A stretch of 64,000 bases of DNA from Deltaproteobacteria bacterium SG8_13. GTDB taxonomy: Bacteria; Desulfobacterota; Desulfobacteria; Desulfobacterales; SG8-13. This document shows, piece by piece, positions 58,001-64,000 of this stretch (position 1 is its first letter; each line of letters starts with the position of its first letter). The translations under genes were made by a program, and so were the position numbers. Where the stretch lies: contig LJNK01000015.1 of assembly GCA_001303025.1 (NCBI GenBank), positions 14,374-78,373 on the forward strand, written 5' to 3'. The notes under the pieces were generated by a model. The model worked only from the letters and a program-made list of their open reading frames with translations, was not told the DNA's origin and did not search any database.

Positions 58001-61000
58001 CGATGTCCAGTTTGACCCAGGCAACCAGATCGCCGCTTGACTTGGTGAAGGTCTCGATCTCATGGGGCACCTTTGTGACCCCGTCGGCCAAGGTAAAGAG
58101 GATGTCGTCTCCATCGGGCTGGGCAGAACCCTGAAGGCCGGCATTGCCGCTGATGGCCACCGGCACCGGAAAGCCGTTGACCGTCGTGCAGAAACTGGAG
58201 CCGGCAAGCACCAGGGCATCGCGGTAGGGCCAGTCGCCGTCGTACCAGGGTGGCCCGCTTACCACCACCACCGCATCACTGAACTCGGAGGTGTTGCCGG
58301 CCGGATCGGTGGCCGTAGCCGTGATCAAGTCGCCGGCGGCCACTGAAACACCGGACAATATAATCGCATAGGTCGCGGTGCCGTCAGCAGCGCTGGTCAC
58401 CGTATCGGAGCCGAGGTAGACCCGGCCCTCACCGTTGCCGCTGGGATCGGCGTCGGCTGACGGGCTGGAGAAAAATTCGAGGGTGTACACCGTGCTCGGG
58501 GCGGAGTCGATAATGCCCACGATGGTGGTGTCCCCGCCGCCGGATGCCGCCGAGGTCAAGTCAGGGAAGTTCTGCAGGCTGTTGGCGCCGGTGTCGGCAT
58601 CATCGGCCCCACCACCGTCGTTTTCGGTCACATCGTCGCCCACATAGGCGGGGTTGAATACCCCTGAGCGCGCATCGAGATCGATGCCGAGTCCGGCGTT
58701 ACCGTAAATGGCGTTTTCCGTGATCTGGTTATCGGCCGGAGGTGAAGCGGCCGTGTCGTTGAAGCTGGTAACGAGGATACCTGTGCCTCCGTTGGCACCG
58801 TCGCCCGTTGTGCCAGTAATAATATTGCGACGGATCACGTTGCCGCTGGAACCGTCATTGACCCCGATGCCGGCCGTGTACATGTTTTCGATGGTGTTGT
58901 TTTCGATCAGCGCATTTTGTGTCTGGTACCAGAATTCGATCCCCTTGCCCCACCAGGTCTCCGCGGTAGTAAATCCAACAGTATCATGAATGTAATTTCC
59001 GCGGATGACCGCACCACCGGCGATATCGGACACCGCATCGCCGGTGACCCCGGCTGCGTAAGTAGTAAACGCCACCTCATTGTTGATGAAGTTGACCTGC
59101 TCGATGTTTGCAGAGCCAGAGAACGCCTGGCTCATCATGACGGAGTTGTTCTGGAGAAAAGCAATGTAGTTGTTGCTGATGCTGGCTGCGCCGTTGGTGG
59201 AGATGCCCAGCGGTTGGGTCCCGCCGGCATCGCTGCCGTCGGCCAGGGTGCCGATCAGGTTCCCCGTTATGACGGCCTCGCCGGCAGCGGCTGTAACCGT
59301 GGCGTTGACCCAGATCTGGGCATCGAGGGGGGCGCTGCCGAAACGGTTGATCGCCAGGCTGCGGATGGTCACCATGCCGGCGTCCACAACCAGACCGGAT
59401 CCCACAGCCAGCGCATCCCCGTTTACCTCCAGTTCGGGTCGGTCGACCCGGTCCAGCGTGAGCCCATCGACACCGACCGTACCGCCGGTGCCTACCTGGC
59501 CGGGGTTCGGCTCGACAACGCTGATGCCGTCCGTCAGGTCATAGGCCGTTCCGTCAACCGTAATGCCGGCATCAGTGATGTCCGGCAACACACTTGCGAC
59601 ATCGATTCGCCACCAGTTACCGCCGCCACCTGCGGCATTGGTGGCCACAGCCGGTACAAATCGCATGGCGTTGGCACCGCTGATAGCGTTGGCGTTGGTA
59701 ATGAACTGGCGCAGCGTGCCCTGCTGCACTCGATTGGTGCCTGCCCCGTCGTCATCGGTTGCGTCTCCGCGCGTGCTGACGACAGCGTTGAAGCTGAAGC
59801 CGAAGTTCACGCCGGTAGCGTCCGCTGCCACGATGGTTCTGCGTATCACATGCTCGGCAGTGGTGAGTGCAGCGGCATCGTCGGAGATGCCTGCATTGCG
59901 CCCGCCATAGAGCGCTCCGGCGGTGGCCGTAAAACCTGCCCCGCTGGCTGCTCCGCTGACCGCATAGGTCTGTTCGGCCCAGATGTCTCCGATGGCAAAC
60001 CCGCCGTTATAAGGCGCCCCATCGAGTGTGGTCGAATCGACCACTGTATAATAGGTGCCGACGGTCAGACCGCCGAAGCTGTAGTTGCCGGAGCCGTCAG
60101 TGGTGGTCGAATTGACCCACACTTCGCTGCCGTCGATGATCGCATTGCCGATGTCCCGATAAAGATGCACCGTGGCTCCGGAGAAGGTGAGCGTTCCGAC
60201 TTCGGCCACATCAGCATCGGCGTCTGTGTCGTGGTAGACGCTACCGATAATGCTGTATGTGGGTGCCGGGGGCCGGCCGGCCGTGAAGTTGCGGCATACT
60301 TCAGCCGGAGTCAGGGCCCGTGAGTAAACCGCCGCCAGGTAAAACTCTCCCAGCCAGGTGCGATTTAGGGTTAGCTCGTTGGCCAGTGCGAATCGGTAAC
60401 CGGCATTCCAGTTGCCAAAGGTACCGGTCGCATCGAAGCGGCTGGCGACTTCAACGCCGTTTACATACAGACGGGCAGTCCCTGCCGCATCTCGGGTGTA
60501 CATGACGTGGGTCAGGGAAGTGGTCACAGGATCGTTTGTGGAGTCGGTCTGGAAAAGCGGCGTGCCGTTCAGATCGCCGTCGGTGGTACGCACCCGCGCT
60601 CCGTAATTTGTCGTCTCCTGGTGTAAGGTGAAGTTACGGTTGAGGGTGTCGACCGAAAGTGTCGCAATGCGGGATGGGCCGCTTTGGATGGTGTTTGCCG
60701 GTGAAATCCATGCTTCGATGGTCATCTCGTTGGAGGCTTGGGCGGCGGTGATGATCTTTGAGGCCGGCCCGGCCGAGGCGATGATGGTCGAGGCGTCCAC
60801 GGAGAGGCCACCGCCCGGGATCCAGGTAACGTTTCCCGGATCGGCGATTGTCAGGTTCAGCGGCGCGCCCGCACCGGATACATCGTTGACCGTGGCCCCG
60901 CTTCCCTCGGTAAAATCGTATAGCACCTGCAGGTCGCTGGTCACCCGTCCGCCGGTGCAGTCCATGGCTGTCACCGGCGCGCTGAATTCAGAAGTATTGC

Positions 61001-64000
61001 CGTTTGGATCGGTGGCCGTGGCAGTGACGAATTCGCCGCCGGCGACTGCCGCACCGGCGATAACGATGGTAAAGGACACGTTGCCGCCGCCGTCGGTGGT
61101 GACCGTGTCAGCCCCCAGATAGGTTTCGCCTTCACCGTATCCGGACGGATCGGCGGCCGTGCTGGAGAAGAACTCCAGGGTGAAGGTCGTAGCGGCGGTA
61201 GTGCTGAGCGTGCCGATGACCGTGGTGTCAACGCCGTCGGTGCTGGCCTGGGTCAGCACCGGGAAATTCTGCAGATTGTTGAACCCGGTGTCGGCATCGC
61301 CGGGGTCGTTTGCGGTAACGCCGTCGTCGTTCAAATCGATCCCCAGCCCGCCGTTGTCCGAAATGCTGTTTGCGGTAAACCGGTTGTTCACACCGCCGCT
61401 GACCGAATCGTTGATGCCGGGGCCGGCATTGCGCTCAATGGTATTGTTTGGACCGAAAGTATTGTCCGAGGAGGGGTTGTTTATGAAGCAGACGCCGCCC
61501 TGAAGTCCATTGTCGGTGATCGTGTTGTTGGCGACCGTCGAATTGGCCAACATGCTCACTTCCAAGCCGCACGCATCGGCCGGAGCCGGCCCATTGAGGG
61601 TGACGGTATTGCCGGTAAAAGTGATCGAATTGCCGAGGAGTTTGAAGCCGTCTTCTCCGTTGCCGGTGGACACGTTGTTGGTAAAGATGTTGCCCGTGCT
61701 GAGGCCGTCGGCAAAGCGCACCCCGTCGCTGAAATTGGCGGAAAAGGTGTTGTTGTCGAACGTATTGCTGTCGGCTGCGCCGGTGATGCTCAATGCCCCT
61801 ATGGCGCCGGCATCGTTGCTGTTGAGGGTTAGATAGTTTTCAGCGATGGTGTTGGTGTCCCCTCCCCCTGCAATTCCATCCAGGAATATACCGGTTCCGA
61901 CGCCGGCGGCGGCGCCGTTGTTGAAGCGGCGAATGTCAAGCTTGCGAATGGCGCTGTTGCTGGCCTGCAGGTGCAGGCCGTGGTCATCGACACCCAAGTT
62001 GATACCATCGAGCACGATATCCGGTGCCCCCGGGCGCTGATCGCCCTGGCTGGCCTCCTGGGTACTGCCATCGATGGTCGTGGCGTTGTCAACGACCACC
62101 GGCAATGCAGAGGTGAGCTGGATTGTGAAGGCATTTGCAACGACCGTGTTGAAATTGGCATCATCGAGCTGAATGCTGAAAAGCGACGCATTCGCTCCGG
62201 CAACCGCGTTGGCGTTGCGGACAAACTGGTTCAGCGATCCCTGCACCGTGCGATTGGCCGTGCCGTCGTCGTCACCGTCGCGGGTGCTGACGATGGCGTT
62301 AAAGCTGAATCCGAAATCCACGCCGGTCACATCGCCGCCGGAGACGATCACCCGGGTTACGTGCTCGGCGGTGGCCAGACCGGTGGCATCGTCGGAGACG
62401 GCCGCATCCTTGCCACCGAAGCAGTTGCCGGCTGCTGCCAGCTCGGCAATGCTCCCGGCACCATCGTCACACCAGGCCCCTGCAGCACCGGTTGTTTGTT
62501 CAGCCCAGACATCGCCCTGGGCAAATCCGCCGTTCAGACCCGCAGAGGCAGACACGGTGGTGGAGTCGACAAAAACCCAGTAGGTATCGTCGGCAAGCGC
62601 CGTGAAAGAATAGTTACCACTGGCATCAGTGGTGGCGGTGCCAACCGCTGTGTCGCCGCCGTTGGGGATGTTGTCACCGTTGTCGCGGAAAAGAATCAGA
62701 TCGACCCCGGGGCTGCCCGAATCTCCTGTCAGGTCACCGTCACCGTTTACGTCCTCGTAAACCGTGCCGGCAATCGAATTCGAGCCGCCGCAATTGTTCG
62801 GATCTATGACGGTGGCGCCAGTGGGTATACCAATGATTGCTCCACCGGGAATCGGTGAGACAAGGTCAGTGGTAATGTAAATGCCATCCACGCTGTGGTT
62901 GGATTCGCGCACCCACAAATTGATGGTGTGTGGGCCGGCTGTGCCCACAACGATTTGATTTGAGCCGGTGCCTACCTGAAGGCTGTTGGACCAGATCCAC
63001 GTATTGTATGTGCCGCCTTCGTTGAGTGCGCCCGCAGGGGTGCCATCCAGTCCGATCCAGACCGAGTCGCTGCCACCGTCGGGGGCGTACCCGCGCATCC
63101 ACACCATGTAGGTCCCGGGAGCCGGAAAATTGACCGTGTAGTCGGCGCGCATGTCATCCGGCGGGTTGCCGGTATCGCCGTTGCTGCTGAACAGATAACC
63201 GGTCCCGTTGAAACCGGCCGTCGTATTATCGACCGTGAAAACCCCGATATCTGCACCCGGTACCAGCGGCGAGACAAAATTTTCCGCATCGATGTACGTG
63301 CCGTTGGGGTCGACATCGCAGGTGGGACTGGCTGTTTCCTGGGCGCCGTAAGCACTCAAAAACCCACCAACGCCCGGATTGATTTGGTTGTTGTACTGGG
63401 TGCCGATCCACTGGGGCGGACGGGCTATGCTGGAAATTCGCAGCTCGTCCAGGCGGCCGTTGCCGTAGTCTTCCCACTGGCGTGCGCCCATGTAAAGCGG
63501 CCGGGTATCTAAGGCTATCGGCCCTGCCAGAGGGCCCGATTGAACCTGGCTGCCGTCGACAAATATGCGCTCGGTTGTGCCGTCCCAGGTGGCTGCAAGG
63601 TGGTACCACGTCCCGCCGGAAGCGATCACGTTCGTTGCGACAGGTCCATCGTCGTCGCCTTGATCGAGAGCGAGAAAGGCATGTCCCGGCCCTGCGGTCG
63701 AGGTATCCGGCGTATAGGCCCTCACGCCAAGCTGGTAGCCGTTGGGGTTTGCTTCTCCCTTTCGCAGCAGCGGAAACACGTCACAGCAAAAATTGATGAA
63801 CCCGTTGGGGCGAACCCACACCCAGCCCTCCAGGGTAATGCTGGTGGTCAGCTGCAGGGTGAGGTCATCCGCCACCGTGATGTAGTCATCTGTTCCATCA
63901 AAGTCGCGCGCCGGTCCGATGGCGCCCGCGACCTGGGTCGGATGAGAAGTGGGACTGGTGCCGTCGTTGTTGTTGGCGGTGCTGTCCGAATAACTTGCGG
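51987..64000 (-). CDS. N-proximal segment of giant surface protein (start outside window): LamG/DUF2341, CBM-like, SdrD_B-like and parallel beta-helix modules
   Basis: Frame stays open from 63875 to the window edge (ASYSDSTANNNDG...DFDGTDDYITV); LamG motifs (TIEAWI, WTHVAVTW, IDEIRIS), DUF2341-like (GDDILFT..VPHEIE..WVK), repeated GN.IGT beta-helix rungs. Confidence 0.9.
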   Translation of the reverse strand, partial: ASYSDSTANNNDGTSPTSHPTQVAGAIGPARDFDGTDDYITVADDLTLQLTTSITLEGWVWVRPNGFINFCCDVFPLLRKGEANPNGYQLGVRAYTPDTSTAGPGHAFLALDQGDDDGPVATNVIASGGTWYHLAATWDGTTERIFVDGSQVQSGPLAGPIALDTRPLYMGARQWEDYGNGRLDELRISSIARPPQWIGTQYNNQINPGVGGFLSAYGAQETASPTCDVDPNGTYIDAENFVSPLVPGADIGVFTVDNTTAGFNGTGYLFSSNGDTGNPPDDMRADYTVNFPAPGTYMVWMRGYAPDGGSDSVWIGLDGTPAGALNEGGTYNTWIWSNSLQVGTGSNQIVVGTAGPHTINLWVRESNHSVDGIYITTDLVSPIPGGAIIGIPTGATVIDPNNCGGSNSIAGTVYEDVNGDGDLTGDSGSPGVDLILFRDNGDNIPNGGDTAVGTATTDASGNYSFTALADDTYWVFVDSTTVSASAGLNGGFAQGDVWAEQTTGAAGAWCDDGAGSIAELAAAGNCFGGKDAAVSDDATGLATAEHVTRVIVSGGDVTGVDFGFSFNAIVSTRDGDDDGTANRTVQGSLNQFVRNANAVAGANASLFSIQLDDANFNTVVANAFTIQLTSALPVVVDNATTIDGSTQEASQGDQRPGAPDIVLDGINLGVDDHGLHLQASNSAIRKLDIRRFNNGAAAGVGTGIFLDGIAGGGDTNTIAENYLTLNSNDAGAIGALSITGAADSNTFDNNTFSANFSDGVRFADGLSTGNIFTNNVSTGNGEDGFKLLGNSITFTGNTVTLNGPAPADACGLEVSMLANSTVANNTITDNGLQGGVCFINNPSSDNTFGPNNTIERNAGPGINDSVSGGVNNRFTANSISDNGGLGIDLNDDGVTANDPGDADTGFNNLQNFPVLTQASTDGVDTTVIGTLSTTAATTFTLEFFSSTAADPSGYGEGETYLGADTVTTDGGGNVSFTIVIAGAAVAGGEFVTATATDPNGNTSEFSAPVTAMDCTGGRVTSDLQVLYDFTEGSGATVNDVSGAGAPLNLTIADPGNVTWIPGGGLSVDASTIIASAGPASKIITAAQASNEMTIEAWISPANTIQSGPSRIATLSVDTLNRNFTLHQETTNYGARVRTTDGDLNGTPLFQTDSTNDPVTTSLTHVMYTRDAAGTARLYVNGVEVASRFDATGTFGNWNAGYRFALANELTLNRTWLGEFYLAAVYSRALTPAEVCRNFTAGRPPAPTYSIIGSVYHDTDADADVAEVGTLTFSGATVHLYRDIGNAIIDGSEVWVNSTTTDGSGNYSFGGLTVGTYYTVVDSTTLDGAPYNGGFAIGDIWAEQTYAVSGAASGAGFTATAGALYGGRNAGISDDAAALTTAEHVIRRTIVAADATGVNFGFSFNAVVSTRGDATDDDGAGTNRVQQGTLRQFITNANAISGANAMRFVPAVATNAAGGGGNWWRIDVASVLPDITDAGITVDGTAYDLTDGISVVEPNPGQVGTGGTVGVDGLTLDRVDRPELEVNGDALAVGSGLVVDAGMVTIRSLAINRFGSAPLDAQIWVNATVTAAAGEAVITGNLIGTLADGSDAGGTQPLGISTNGAASISNNYIAFLQNNSVMMSQAFSGSANIEQVNFINNEVAFTTYAAGVTGDAVSDIAGGAVIRGNYIHDTVGFTTAETWWGKGIEFWYQTQNALIENNTIENMYTAGIGVNDGSSGNVIRRNIITGTTGDGANGGTGILVTSFNDTAASPPADNQITENAIYGNAGLGIDLDARSGVFNPAYVGDDVTENDGGGADDADTGANSLQNFPDLTSAASGGGDTTIVGIIDSAPSTVYTLEFFSSPSADADPSGNGEGRVYLGSDTVTSAADGTATYAIILSGVSVAAGDLITATATDPAGNTSEFSDAVVVVSGPPWYDGDWPYRDALVLAGSSFCTTVNGFPVPVAISGNAGLQGSAQPDGDDILFTLADGVTKVPHEIETFTKSSGDLVAWVKLDIVASADQTIYMYYGNASAANQENLPGLWDADYQGVWHLNEDVTDEATTGTHLDSTSNNNNGSQRRNVEGPGQIADGQVFDGSSDYIQVADDTSLDIAAEMTIEAWIRLPNVSSDQKIAGKTGPAPPPYYGYLLGVEAGQLYPEIWDSSGTAGGHYTFSAGSISPNEWTHVAVTWRTNDRMIGYINGAEVANIPNGANPIGTNNSSLIFGAAPWNPSTLEMNGTIDEIRISQKALDPAWIQAEVCTAGGIVPAIPTYVITGTVYEDVNGDGSLADAVTAAAVDVDLYRDGGDGQPDGGDDSSIATAATDAAGVFTFTGLGDGTYWVVVDSKTLSADTDVWAEQTYGTAGAWCDNGSGTTVERGTAGTCFGGQRADISDDTSLLNTAQHVTRVTIAGGTVTGVHFGFSFNAVVNTLAGDGQDDDGLTNRTVQGSLRQFIANANAIAGANAMRFVPAVTTNASGGGNNWWQISVTQALPAITDADTAIEGTAYEFTNGTTIRNTNNASLGYSGPVGLGADAAVGTGDEPTLSSINGPELEIVNDRATNPVNVGLDLQANGVAVRDIAIYGFGDTDIWLSNNIRVGIDGSATNYTNVLIEDSVIGTSAAGFADPGAVGRTAYNNIGIYHADSGFIRNNLIGYAGNFGIFLSGDAGGWTVQGNEIRGNGVTDSGRDGIDIGNDSNNTTVNGNLFAANAGSGIDSWSGAGSNLISNNTFDQNGAGGGETSAIRVFGNNSTIELNDFRDNAGPGVLVVANNLLWGPSHIPAIQNRISRNRFSNNGSNAIDLLADAGDANLGDGITIIPGTDANAGNIDLDFPVIIAAQLSAGTTTVVGTTCANCEVEVYQAVADGDGSDTSGADDYGEGVAYLGTANADAAGDWYLGGITALAAGDNVSAIAIDSSNNTSEFSMNAEVIITGSCPPIGGDILYLACFDDQIPNQVPVGWTVSVSGGNELVRIDGSTQVFSDGTGAGGPAVSGDPGWTDVSVFQRFRSVSGTINHAGVIARYVNDQNMVYGGIVTATTAEIWNRISNTWIQIGGTWTIPNVSSGWHTQELRIAGDRAELYIDGAFIGSATLSTGAPVAGKTGFWSQYGPEGYRDDHTVRLAYLLDGTIFEDADFAGTAAEYDGGVADLGLASVDVELYDAADVYIGSAATAADGSFQFIVHDGAYKVRARSATIGDADTPPAGGLNGTVPGTWPYPLAEMTWGSGAALYGGQDPTVNDTATGDNAGPGDTYVNVTVSGGNASGVNLGFAYNLITNTADDGAPDNTRSSQGSLRQYIKNANAIGTSGGTTANTSQFRIPTSDPNYNGSGSGEFTIQPASALPTITETVVLDAATQTVNIGDTNTAGPEVELEGSLAGAVNGLNISAGSSTLRGFAINQFSQHGVYISGGVSGNFIVGNYIGTDVTGSAAAGNGWMGVEVAGASTGNRIGGTAAADRNVISGNGQNGVSVIGGSDNTLIQGNYVGTNATGSGPIPNTMSGIGINGASTITIGGNIAGAGNVISGNTQQGIWMNTSSGPFIQGNTIGLNAAGDAAVANGGVGIVIEAGVSGAQIGGAAAVERNLISGNTGDGIFVNGADSTTIENNFIGTDAAGSADLGNGGDGILADNSADSTGITNNVISGNDDDGIDLKNSAGATIQGNYVGVSADGLSAMGNSQEGVLLDSTSGSTIGGTSASERNIVSGHLYGIRLSGAASTGNTVAGNYVGTDVNGTAAFGNTEHGVTLRLGAANNTIGGTAAGAGNLIAFNGIGVVLEATAGTGNAIQTNAIHTNTGLGIDLGNDGLTANDGNDGDTGPNALQNWPELTKTTSDVASTTITGRLNSTPNTTFRLEFFSSAAADPSGNGEGEEYLGFDTVTTNGGGNSLFNIVVPIAVATGNVITATATDPNGNTSEFGNAETVSDPFTISGTVYEDINGDASLADALRLAGVTASIYADGGDNQPDGVDDSLLGSAATNILGNYLFSNLSDSSTYWIVVDSKTVPRRDRQPRRTGCSRCLLRWPSNGGI

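Noticed and set aside
39990-64000. Giant protein as an RTX/T1SS adhesin or CDI/Rhs toxin
   Set aside because: No GGxGxD nonapeptide array, no YD/Rhs or haemagglutinin repeats, no T1SS or TpsB genes in the window; it has its own barrel and OmpA domain.

Overview
GC-rich, gene-dense bacterial chromosomal window, almost all on the minus strand. Gene content suggests a Desulfobacterota/deltaproteobacterial host (inference only). Left to right: (1) housekeeping block with a partial mobB missed by the ORF track, a zinc-ribbon membrane protein, M28 peptidase, lipoprotein, amidinotransferase, NAD epimerase, ubiE/menG and a FixH/YtkA-like + DsbD_2 pair; (2) prkA-yeaH(DUF444)-spoVR-prkA operon; (3) respiratory operon joining Alternative Complex III (actB,C,D,F,A,E) to a cbb3-type oxidase (ccoN, di-haem ccoO, ccoS, FixP_N-like peptide, ccoI); (4) M1 aminopeptidase; (5) a ~31 kb co-directional locus. 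That locus starts with a giant (>8,000 aa, open at the right edge) modular surface protein, split into three ORFs by two frameshifting lesions and ending in OmpA-like + Ig + large beta-barrel domains. It is followed by a FecR-domain membrane protein, a Cache/HAMP histidine kinase with a C-terminal zinc ribbon, a REC-HisKA protein lacking its ATPase domain, a REC-GGDEF cyclase and a REC-DUF4388-GAF-GAF protein. This is the best candidate for an undescribed adhesin-coupled trans-envelope signalling system with c-di-GMP output. No tRNA, rRNA, CRISPR array or transposase was recognised. Family assignments come from motif recognition by eye, not database searches.
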